DNA from: Caecitellus pseudoparvulus
Taxonomy: Eukaryota; Protista; Bigyra: Bicosoecida
NCBI GenBank assembly: GCA_965644315.1
Contig: CBFFRQ010000180.1
Coordinates: 48,612-112,611, forward strand
Reading direction: 5' to 3'
Length of the DNA: 64,000 nucleotides
Shown here: positions 11,001 to 20,019 of the stretch, piece after piece
How positions within the stretch are numbered: position 1 is the first letter of the stretch
Layout of the letters: each line of letters begins with the position of its first letter
Program-made: the position numbers and the translations under genes
The notes under the pieces: model-generated
Databases searched by the model: none
The model's input: only the letters and a program-made list of their open reading frames with translations
What the model was told of the DNA's origin: nothing

Positions 11001-12406
11001 CCCGCCAACTCCGCGTCGTCATCTTCACCAAGGCCCAGCGCGGGCGCTGTAGCGCTGCGGCCTGTGCCGCCGACGCCCAAGTCCAGGATGTCCGCGGATG
11101 CCAGGCTGTCTGCCACCAGGTCTTCCTCGGGGAAGAGTCGGGAAAAGTCCAGCCCCTCCATGCCGGTGGGCACCGCATATCCCTGGCTTCGGAGGCTGTC
11201 CACCACCGCGCTCTGCACCTTTGACACAGCTGCCGCCTTGTGCGTGCCGGCCCCCACTTTGCTGAGATACCCCGTCTGCAGCAGAACATCCTCCAAGAAG
11301 TACTCAGCAACAGAGTGCACTGCGCCGGGAATGTGCACCGACGTGACAGGCTGGCGTGTGTCTGAGGGGGCCATGGGCACGTCAGCAAAGTACGACGTGA
11401 ACAGCTCCAGCTGCAATGTCGCTGACATGAGGATGACTGTGAGGTCTGGCCGACTGGGAAGCACCCGGCGCAGCACCATGAGCAGGAAATCGCTTTCGCA
11501 GGAGCGTTCGTGCACTTCGTCCAGCACCACATGAGTCACGCCGGTAAGCAGCGGGTCTGCCGTCAGACGCCGCAACAGCACGCCGGTCGTGCAGAAGAGA
11601 CACTGTGTGGAGTCGGACGCGACCTTGTCCAGGCGCACGGCGTACCCGATGGTCTGCCCCACCTTCTCGCAGCGCTCGTCGGCGACACGCTCTGCCAGGG
11701 ACACAGCCGAGATGCGGCGCGGCTGGGAAACCAGGACGTTGGCTGACAGGCCCAGCGTGCTGTCCTCCAGGATGAACTGGGGCACCTGGGTACTCTTGCC
11801 GCAGCCAGTGTCGCCGGACACGACGACGACACGGGCTGAAGAGACGGCCTCGATGACAGCGTCCCGGACATTCCAGGCTGGAAGGCGCTGGCGCTGGCTC
11901 TGCATGCTGCGCCACGCTGGCTTGCTCGCCCTGCGGGCAGCCACAGCGGCAAAGCCGTCCTTCGTCATTGGTGTTGGCGCGGCGTGGGGGCGCCGACGCT
12001 TGCTGCCCCCTTTCTGGTCCACTCCCTGGCTCATCCACTGTACGTCGCGGGGTGTGACATCCAGAGAGGGGCCCTCCACAGCCCTCCTCTCCAAAGAAGC
12101 CACCACGTCAGCTGGAAGAGCCAGACGCGGAACCTCCAAGGGCAGCGCACGCGCTTGGGTGTCGAATCGCGAAACGCGCAGTTGCCTTGCCTGACCTTTG
12201 CCGTGACTCTTGGACTTCAAGCCCAGCTCGTCGCAGAGGTCGTGCACGAACTTCCGCTCTTGTGGCGTGAGGGTGTGGGGGAAGGAAATGTACTCATCCG
12301 CAGACTTGTCGCGGAACTCCTCGAGGGCCTTGGTCGCTGTCATCCGGAAGGCTTCGGATATGCCCATACCAACGCCACCCTTGGCAGGTCGCTTGCCCCT
12401 TCCCAT
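8030..12406 (-). CDS. DEAH/RHA RNA helicase with N-terminal R3H (YTHDC2/DHX36-like) and RG-rich C-tail
   Basis: R3H (ERKFVHDLCDELGLKSKSHGKG), GDTGCGKSTQVPQ, QPRRISA, DEVHER, MSAT, STNIAETSITI, QRAGRAGR and an HA2 region. Intronless. Confidence 0.92.
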   Translation of the reverse strand: MGRGKRPAKGGVGMGISEAFRMTATKALEEFRDKSADEYISFPHTLTPQERKFVHDLCDELGLKSKSHGKGQARQLRVSRFDTQARALPLEVPRLALPADVVASLERRAVEGPSLDVTPRDVQWMSQGVDQKGGSKRRRPHAAPTPMTKDGFAAVAARRASKPAWRSMQSQRQRLPAWNVRDAVIEAVSSARVVVVSGDTGCGKSTQVPQFILEDSTLGLSANVLVSQPRRISAVSLAERVADERCEKVGQTIGYAVRLDKVASDSTQCLFCTTGVLLRRLTADPLLTGVTHVVLDEVHERSCESDFLLMVLRRVLPSRPDLTVILMSATLQLELFTSYFADVPMAPSDTRQPVTSVHIPGAVHSVAEYFLEDVLLQTGYLSKVGAGTHKAAAVSKVQSAVVDSLRSQGYAVPTGMEGLDFSRLFPEEDLVADSLASADILDLGVGGTGRSATAPALGLGEDDDAELAGVARDVDYQCKLCKYVLDSVGDFATHVALCQGPGTVPDGLPQGKPAAPSSGDAQKPSSALSAEAFLDPSCAGSAMATTAARPPPPPVDAPTNSLGSLMAALATETEGRSRDKRGRLKHADAQEALEEAAESDPVQALLQQYMGLHDDENVDCDLITALVESIVQHQQGAARADAVAGAILVFLPGWDDISRTQALIEEHPYLNSLTWVLPLHSAIPTSEQRQVFRKPPKGKTKVVLSTNIAETSITIDDVVYVIDSGKGKSKMFDPYTGCSSLKSRWVSQASARQRAGRAGRVRPGIAYHLFSRSRHAALNPHDIAEMLSTPLEELCLRVKALDLGDVQGLSGGGASSPGASRAVSGEIEAFMATAPEPPLALSVQRAVRLLVQLGALHQHSVAVGGQDCVRQRLTPLGRALLHMPVPPDMGKMILIGCLLGVLDPVLTIACTVSYRSPFALATRAGDQARATAIRASMSGGTGSDHLAMLGAFDGYAAAKRRGGMSAAHGYCRANFLSFPALMMVEGMRHQVLQELLSAKVVFKSEVGPRGFMNRSARQLEVVQAALAVGMYPRIARFLPQKPARFPTVRVDAVDSAAVHRSSLIGRTLASQTSQAQQQGGILVAYEELTRLGRKNTIRNLSNVPLLALLVLAGRDSSDSLDLSSLPALEAESLEQVLAKQGQAAKRPPSGSPSADSSDEDESLPGSLASAVGSMLFKAGRAHKRSMKELHVAHATSEAGSWNASAAAARTDLMTGGGARGAAAAVDSDGEIIASLAPSRPARDDELEESGWETVGGGQACAQTDAESVDAEALERWVLYKSDSRPGEVVVGLNSWLAYAAPPGVAAGMALLRAELSKAFALLILSRLTPYHRKISGGETEQASKVVSGFLDMLCAGSKATGHRRAPAPGILLTSRPPARHGGHAGASTHGSAGRGRGRGRGSARGRAARGKAQRHGEGAGHEKGGGRGRGRGRGRGRGRGRGRGRGGRGGRGRGQGGS
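8044..8230 (-). repeat. Hexamer microsatellites (GCCCTC)n and (CCACGT)n encoding (RG)n
   Basis: Direct hexamer repeats in the helicase C-terminus, translating as GRGRGRG... Confidence 0.85.
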
Positions 12407-12962
12407 GCTTGACCTGCCAGCCTTCGTTGTGACGGCCGCCTGAGAGGCTTTGCCAGGCACTGGCAGGAACTTGAAACGCGCGAGAAACGCCGAGGAGTGG
12501 AGCAATGCACCCCGCTATTGACGCAGGCTTGCCGAACTGTGCGTGGAAAGGAAGATTGAGGGTTATTTTGGCGAATCGTTTGTTTTGGTACTGGTGTTTG
12601 TGTCTGGAACTCCGTATGGGGTGTGGGGGGGGGGGTGAGCCAGGGAGCTGAAAGGCTGGTCAGGAGCTGGCCACCCCGCCGAGGAAAGCGAGCAAGGGGG
12701 GCCACACAGGAGGGCTGGCGATGCAGAGTGCGCTCGTGCACACTCCTCCACGCCCTTGCCTCCGCCCCTCCCTCGTGCCCCCACGCCCCAGCTGTCCATC
12801 GAAGCCCGCTTCGCTGTCCCTGCCACGTGCGTACCTTGCTGCCGAGAGCAGCGCCACTGACCGCTCTCGCGCACTCTGGCTCAGCGTGCGGCTCAGTCGT
12901 TGGTGAAGTCTGACCATGAATGCTTGCGGCGTTCACCGTGCACAGATTCCCCCAAAGTCACC

Positions 12963-14301
12963 ATGGCTGCCGCTCGTGGAGTGTACATCGTTGCTGTGCG
13001 TGTTGCGCCGTAAATTCCGCACGTGCTGCAGTGCACCAACCTCGACTTTGCGCCTGCGGTGGCACAGGCCAAGCGCACTGCTTTTGGCACCTTCGGCGGC
13101 AAGCTGACCAAGTTCACAGCCACTGACTTGGGCGAGAAGGCAGCTGCAGCTGCTCTGGAGGCAGGCAAGGTGGGTTGCCGCAGAACCCGCCACGCCCGCT
13201 GCTGCGCCTGACACAGCACGTGCCTTGCCTGTTCAGATCGACCCTGCGCTGGTGGATGCGACCATCGTCGGGAATGTCGCGCAGTCGTCTGCAGATGCGC
13301 CGTACATTGCCCGTCATGTTGGCCTGCGTGTGGGTGTGCGCGACGAGACGACTGCGCTGACGGTGAACCGCCTGTGCGGCTCTGGCTTCGAGTCCGTCGT
13401 GCAGGCGGCCAAGGACATGCAGCTGGGGGAGAGCCACGTTGCCCTGGTGGGAGGTGCTGAGAGCATGTCCCAGTGCCCCCTGGTCTCCTACGGCCAACAC
13501 TCCCGCTTTGGAGTCAAGCTGGGCGGGGGCCTGAACCTTGTGGACACCTTGTGGGCGGCGCTGACAGACAACCACACAAAGCTGCCCATGGGCATCACCG
13601 CCGAGAACTTGGCCCGCAAGTACAACATGACGCGGGAGGAGGTGGACGAGTTCGCCGCCAGGTCCCAGGCAATGTGGGCGGCAGCCCACGAGGCGGGCAA
13701 GTTCGCAGCTGAGATCACCCCCATCGAGATCAAGACCCGCAAGGGGACGACTGTTGTGGACACTGACGAGCACCCTCGCCCCGGCACGACTGCGGAGCAG
13801 CTGGCGAAGCTGCCCACCGTCTTTGACAAGGAAGGCATCGTCACTGCCGGCTCCAGCTCTGGCATCAACGACGGCGCCGCCATGATGGTGATGGCCACAG
13901 AGGACGCCGTGAAGCAGCACGGCTGGACTCCCCTCGCACGCGTGGTGTCCTGGGGCATCTCGGGCGTGGACCCCTCCATCATGGGCTACGGCCCCGTGCC
14001 CGCCATTCGCCAGGCGCTGGAGCGTGCCGGCAAGAGCATCGGGGACATGGACCTGGTGGAGGTCAACGAGGCCTTCGCCCCCGTCGCCCTCGCCTCTGAG
14101 AAGGAACTGGGCATTGACCGCGCAACTTTCAATGCCTGTGGTGGTGCCATCTCAATCGGGCACCCCTTGGGGGCCAGTGGCGCCCGCATCACGACTCACT
14201 TGGCGCACCAGCTGGCTGCTGACGAGGGCAAGAAGCTGGCAGTCGGCTCCGCATGCATCGGGGGGGGGCAAGGCATCGCTGTGGTGCTGGAGCGCGCATG
14301 A
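12963..14301 (+). CDS. ACAA2: 3-ketoacyl-CoA thiolase, mitochondrial type, 2 introns
   Basis: Spliced N-terminus MAARGVYIVAAKRTAFGTFGGKL. Catalytic motifs NRLCGSG, NEAF, GHPLGASG and SACIGGGQG are present. Confidence 0.93.
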
Positions 14302-14328
14302 ACTCTGTGAATGCAACCCGCCCTTGCC

Positions 14329-15642
14329 TCACTCAGGGTCCCTTCCCTGTGCATCCTTGCCATGGAGAGCTGCATCCTGTGACAGGCTCGGCTGCAAGTG
14401 AGTTGGGAGGACAAAGCTGCCTCCGAAAGGGCCCACCAACACTTGCTGCTTCCCTTGGAGAGATCCCTGCTGACCATCAACCTCGCTGTCAGGCGCTGGT
14501 GTCCACAAGCCGGATGGAGGGGCTGCCGCCTGCCTTGGTGGCTGACAGGCGTCGCTGTCACTGCTCATGGACGCTGCAGTGGAGGGTGCGGGCTGGGCGT
14601 GCCTCAGCTGCGACGGAGCAGATTTGCGTTCAGGGGTGGAGTCACTGTCGCTGCCTGCAGGCGGCAAGCCCGCCAGGAGCCGCAGGAGTGACGGCGGCAG
14701 CCCCTCCACATTGAGCCCTACCTCTTCCATCGCGCGTACCTGAGCCTCTACCTCTGCATCCTTGGGAGTGGAGCTGTGCAAGATCTCTTGATGGGGAGGC
14801 ATGTCGCCGCCTGGTTCCCGTGCTACCATCTCCAGTGCTGTGGGGCGTGTGCCGGACTGGCTGTGAGCCATGGCAGCCAAAGCTTGGAACGTGGAGGACG
14901 CCCGAGAGTCATGCGCGTCCACCCTTGGCAGTTCGCGCTGGCGCCTATTGTGGTGCGCAGGGCGAGGGAGCCATTGTTGCATGTGGCGCAGCAGGGACGC
15001 GTAGGCGTCCACCACCGCTGGGGTGAGAAAGCATGCTTGCTGCAGCACTGGCAGCAAAGCAGGCAGCTCTGCAGCCAAGATGCTATCACGCGCCAGCCGG
15101 CAAGCCAAGGAAGCGTCCAGCACCTGAACAGCCGGGAGGAGCACATGTCCCATCGTGGGTTCGTCGCAGTGTGCCGTCACTGCCTCCAGCGCCCACTGCA
15201 CTGCGCCAGAGCTGTGCAGGCAGGATGCCGTGACGGCACCTGAGACGCCGAGCACAGCGACAACCTTCCCAGCCAGCGTCTGCAGAGCTACGTCCCCAGC
15301 GTCCAAGACCCCCATCATGACGTGCAAGCAGCGCTGGTAGTCCCGGCCTTTGGGCTGTCCCTGCGCGCACGTGCATGCCAGCAACGCGTGCAAGGCCAGC
15401 AGGCGAGAATCACCAGCGTCTGCAACGGTTTCCAGGGCACGCTCCCACAAGCAGCTGAGCGGGTGGGCCTTCCATGGCAAGCACTCGAGATCTGAAAAAT
15501 CGAAAGATGTGGCAAAGATCACGTCCAAAACGTTCGCCCAGGCTCGAAGCGAGGCACCAGGTTCCACGGCTCTGGAGGCAGCTGAAACGCAACGGCTTCG
15601 AAATTCCGCAAAGTCACTGGCGCTGCTGAGGTGAGCCGCCAT
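14329..15642 (-). CDS. Hypothetical protein, helical/ARM-like N-terminal part and disordered C-terminus
   Basis: Long ORF fills the gap between neighbouring genes and has Leu/Ala-rich helices. No family recognised; start assumed at MAAHLSS. Confidence 0.6.
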   Translation of the reverse strand: MAAHLSSASDFAEFRSRCVSAASRAVEPGASLRAWANVLDVIFATSFDFSDLECLPWKAHPLSCLWERALETVADAGDSRLLALHALLACTCAQGQPKGRDYQRCLHVMMGVLDAGDVALQTLAGKVVAVLGVSGAVTASCLHSSGAVQWALEAVTAHCDEPTMGHVLLPAVQVLDASLACRLARDSILAAELPALLPVLQQACFLTPAVVDAYASLLRHMQQWLPRPAHHNRRQRELPRVDAHDSRASSTFQALAAMAHSQSGTRPTALEMVAREPGGDMPPHQEILHSSTPKDAEVEAQVRAMEEVGLNVEGLPPSLLRLLAGLPPAGSDSDSTPERKSAPSQLRHAQPAPSTAASMSSDSDACQPPRQAAAPPSGLWTPAPDSEVDGQQGSLQGKQQVLVGPFGGSFVLPTHLQPSLSQDAALHGKDAQGRDPE

Positions 15643-15794
15643 GACTTCACAGGGAGTGCTGCCGTCTCGGTCTGTGTGCACACACTGGTTCGAGCGACGC
15701 GCAGCGATGTTTCGGAAGTGGGCCTTGGGGTTCACGGTGATACTCTGCTCGCGCCGTTCCTACGCCGAGGCCTGCTTCTCACATGTACATTGCA

Positions 15795-17257
15795 TCAGAC
15801 ACCTTCCTCCCAGACATCAGGAAGAATGGCTTCATCCTCCGAAGAGGAGCGATCCTCAGTCAGCGCCTCGTCGCTACTAAACTCGGAGTCATCGTCGGGA
15901 ACAAGCGAGTTGACGTCCCACTCCGCAGCACTGTCCACGGGCGCATGGAGCGGGGACATGCCAAGCACACCTTGAGCCTCCCCCCTGCCCATCCCCGCTG
16001 TACCACTGCCAGGGGGTTGCTTCTCTCGCTGCTTGACTTCCCAAGGCACCACGTCGGCGTCCTGCCAATGCACGGCCCAGGCCCGCCAGGAATCAAAGCG
16101 AGCTGTGAGTGAGGGCTGGCGTGCACGGACAATGGGATGCGCGGTGCGGACTGCTCTTCTGCGCGACGGCTGCAAACCCCCCAGCTCAAATGAGCTGTCC
16201 CGGCTGGCGTGCAGGAACTGGCGCTCCCGGGCCTCGTCGGCAGTTACAGGTACACAGCAGCAAGCGAGGCAGCACGTGGCCAGCCCTTTGCTCAAAGCCC
16301 GCTGCACCACCCACTGGCCGTCGTACACCAGTCCGCCCAGCCATCGCCACGTGGAGGAGTGCGGGTACTGCAGCTGACCCCGCACGCAGACATTCCACAA
16401 GAGGCCTGCAGCTGCGTATGTGAACGTGACCGCAGCCAGCGCACCGATGAACATCCAACCGCCACTGAGGGTGAACTTCGTGCAGGCTGCAGCAGAAGTC
16501 ATGAAAATGTGGACGTTGCAGTGGTCAGTCTCGTTCACCGTGACGGCGATGATTTCTGTTTGCGGCGCATCCAGCACACACTGCACGTGAAACTGGGTAC
16601 GCCAGAAAGACCCAGTGCAGGCGAGTGGGCCATCGCTCTCGACTGGTGTGGGTTGAAAGTCTCCCAGCACCCCGCCTGCTGCTGGCGCTCGGGGAGTAGC
16701 TGGGCGCCACTTGGGCTGCCCAGTCGCAATGACGCTGCAGGGTGCTGTGCAGCACATGGGCTGCCCTGTGCCTGGGTGGCGACATGCAGGACTTGACCGG
16801 TTGCAAGGTGGTGGCTGGCCATAAAATCTCACTGCTGCGCCAGCCATCGTCGTGCGTCTGTGCGAGCGTGCGGGGCACAGGTGCACAATGGGCAGTGTCT
16901 CGATGCGGAAATTGCACCACCTCACCCGCTCTCTGGGACGCAGACTGCTGTCGTGTTCTGACAAACATTGGCACTGGGGAGGATGGGGGGGGGGGGCATG
17001 GGCTGGGGGTCTCTTGGGGTTGCAATGCGCGCCCCTTACGCGTATGTGTGGCCGTCCCTGTCCACAGAGACGAGGGTTGTGGGTGACGCTGCAGCAGACA
17101 ATGGAAAGAGGAACTGCTGCTCTCCCCGCCCGACGAGCAAGTCACAAGGCGCGACAGCAGGGACAATCCCCAAACCCTCGCACAGGGCCGACTGCTTTGC
17201 CACGCATGCCAACACCAGCAGCACAGCCCAGCTTTGCGCGGCGCCACCCACGCGCAT
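15795..17257 (-). CDS. ATG27 / mannose-6-phosphate receptor-like type I membrane protein, 2 introns
   Basis: Signal peptide, spliced ...GHTYAANVCQNTTAVC..., MRH-like FHVQC...HCNVHIFMTSAAAC, TM LSGGWMFIG...YAAAGLLWN, cytosolic PHSSTW...LVYDG and an acidic tail. Confidence 0.8.
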
Positions 17258-17661
17258 GCTGCGTGGCTGCCCAGCAGCAGCGCGACCTCAAGCTGCAGTC
17301 TTGGACGGAAGGGGTCGAGAGCTACTCTTGAGTGTGTGAGTGGGGGCTCTTGGTGTGGTTTGGGGGCTTAGGGGTAGTGAGAGTAGAGCAGAAATGAGAT
17401 TTGGGAAACGAAGGGTGTGGATAGCTACCGCGCTGTACTCTGCTCGATGGGGAGCCTCCGTTTTCCTGCACTTTCATCATTCTGACAAATCGAAATGCCA
17501 TTTCGTGTGCAACCCATTCCCTCCCCCGCTCAAACCCAAGTACATAGAACTCACACGCTTGCGCTTACGTCCGCAAGTGCGCAGAGTAGTCAACTTGCCT
17601 GCCATCCTTCCGTGTGCACCAGGGACTGGGCTGGCCCGCCTCTATCACCACTTGCAGCAGC

Positions 17662-18556
17662 ATGGGGTTGCTTGACATGCTGATGAAGGCGTTCGGATGG
17701 AGGAAGGAGGAAAGCAGTGTCTTGGTTGTGGGCCTGGACAACAGCGGCAAGACGACCATCTTGAACTTCCTGAAGCCTGCAAAAGTGCGTCTGGCCAGGA
17801 AACTGCCTTGGTCGGCGCAGTGGACTTGCCATGCCCGTGTGCGTTGATTCCTTGCCCAGAACGCGCTGCTAGAAGTGGCTCCAACGGTGGGCTTTACAGT
17901 GGAGCAGTTTGAGAAGGGGAACATCCGGTTCGATGCCTTTGACATGTCAGGGCAGGTAGGAGGTGCATCGGCGTTTCGCGCGCGAAACGCCATCGCGCAC
18001 CCACCGTTCGTGTGCCCTGCAGCGCGAGTATCGGTCATTGTGGGAGCGGTACTACAAGGACGCACAGGTAAGCTGCAGGAGACGTGCAGCTGGCTGCTCT
18101 GTGGGTCGCTCCACGCGCCTCGCATCGCATTGATTGTGCAGAGCATCATCTTTGTCGTGGACTCGGCCGACAAGGTGCGCATGGTCGTGGCGAAGGACGA
18201 GCTGGACGCGTTACTGAGCCACGAAGACGTCGCGGAGAGGCCCGTCCCGCTGCTCATCTTTGCGAACAAAACGGACAAGGCCAGTGCCTTGCCGTTGGTG
18301 GAGGTCATCTCCTTGCTTGGCTTGCAAGACATCTCTGGCAGAGCGTGGAAGGTGCAGTGCGTCGACTGCGTTGGCTCTCACGTGGTGCGCGGGGGCCCCC
18401 ACTCACACCTTCACCCCTTCTTCGCGCAGGCCCAGCAACGCTCTGACAGGGGAGGGTGTAGACGACGGCATCGAGTGGCTGGCGCAGAAAGTGTCCGAGG
18501 GTGCCAGCGCTGGCACAGGCGGCAGCACTGCAGCTGCGGCAGCGGCGGCGCAATGA
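17662..18556 (+). CDS. ARL6: ADP-ribosylation factor-like 6 (BBS3), 4 introns
   Basis: Spliced MGLLDML...VGLDNSGKTTILNFLKP...PTVGFTVEQF...[46 protein letters not shown]...FANKTD, matching ARL6 signatures. Confidence 0.92.
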
Positions 18557-18582
18557 CAATGGATTAACACGCGTGTGCCACA

Positions 18583-19558
18583 CTACTCCGAGGCCATGAG
18601 CTTCTCAAAGTACGCGGCCCGCTTGGCGCGGTCTGCCGCTGCGTTGGGTGCGGCTGCCCTGCCTCCAGATGCTCCGCTCTTACCAGACATGGAGGCAGCT
18701 GTTGTGGCTGCAGCGGTGGCCCTGCCGCCGCCAGCGGTACGCCCTGCACCACTCTTGCCGCCTCCTCCCAGGCGGTGAGCTGAGGTGGTCTTCTTTGCTG
18801 CTGCGGCAGCTTCAGCTTTGCGCTGCCGTAGGGGCTTGCGTGGCTGGGTGCCCGCAGACGATACCGAGGCCCCGGCGCCGCCCCCCAAACCCGAGCCGCG
18901 CTTGACAAAGTCAGTGTTGCCACTCTTTGCTGACCCTGTTGCGTGAGCCATGGTGTCAAAGCTCATGACGCGAGGTCCTGTACGCTCCGACTTGGGAGGC
19001 AAACGAGACTCCGTCTTTCGAGTCGTGTCTTTGGCGCCGTTGATGGTGTTCACGACGCCTTTCATGCGCCCAAAGGAGGGTGCCTGCTTGACTGGGCCAG
19101 CGCTACTGGTGTTCTTGACGCTGCGCACCTTTCCCTGCACGCCCATCTTGATGCGGGGACCAGAGCTGCCGCCACCCTTGCTGCTGGTGGCTTTGCTGGC
19201 TGAGGACCTCTCGAAGCCCGACTTGTACTTGGCGCCGGCACGGTCCATGGAAGTTCCAGTATGGACATCCTTGGCCCCGTTCTTTGCCAGCGAACCGATG
19301 TGAGAGTACATGCCTGGGTCAGCAGGGGATGGCACGGCGGGGTGTCGTGTCGTGGGAAACGCCAGAAACGCTCAGGGTTTGCTCACCGGCCCCAGAGCCA
19401 AGCCCTGCGTTCCTTGCTCCATGGATGTACTTGTCTGGAAGCTGCATGCATCCATCTCGCCTCAGGCCTTCTTTTACTTCAGCTTTCTCCAGCTTCCCTG
19501 TCACAGGGTTCACCTTGAAAGCACCGCGCTCTCGGTGCTCGCGTGGCGCGGAGGCCAT
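18583..19558 (-). CDS. Hypothetical basic low-complexity (G/S/K/A-rich) protein, 1 intron
   Basis: The exon MASAPREHRERGAFKVNPVTGKLE... joins via a GT-AG intron (about 19317-19387) to ...GMYSHIGSLAKNG...HRLGG...RAKRAAYFEKLMASE. Confidence 0.65.
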
Positions 19559-19757
19559 GTTCAGCGAGGAGGAGGGGAGTGTTGACTTGCTATCAATGCA
19601 AGTGCAAGAGCATTCAATCTTTCGTCACCATTCGACGGAAACATGTGACTCAGTTATCGGTGGATGGGTTTTGCTATCCAGAAATTCATGCGACGAAAGA
19701 ACATGTTGTACGGAACAAATTTATGTAATATATTTTCAATTTCGGGCCACTCTTTCG

Positions 19758-19828
19758 GCATACATGGTGAAGTGGTATCACGAGACGTTGTGGCCGTCTC
19801 GTCCCGAGTTCGATTCTCGGTGTGTGCA
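19758..19828 (+). tRNA. tRNA-His(GTG)
   Basis: Acceptor GCATACA/TGTGTGC, D-loop AGTGG, anticodon arm AGACG-TTGTGGC-CGTCT, T-arm CCGAG-TTCGATT-CTCGG, downstream T-run, AT-rich upstream. Confidence 0.95.
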
Positions 19829-20019
19829 TTCCACCTTTTTGTTGCACCAATGGCCTACACCACGCTGTGGGCCAAATTCAAATGCCCCAAGGATTCTCGT
19901 CAGCATGGCATGAACGTGGTGCGAATTGTGTTTCCGCTTTGAACGAAGAGGCAGCCGCCGGCAGGCTTGCTACTTGCTCAACGCTGCTGTTTCAGCTTTG
20001 CAACTTCCGCACGGAGCTG

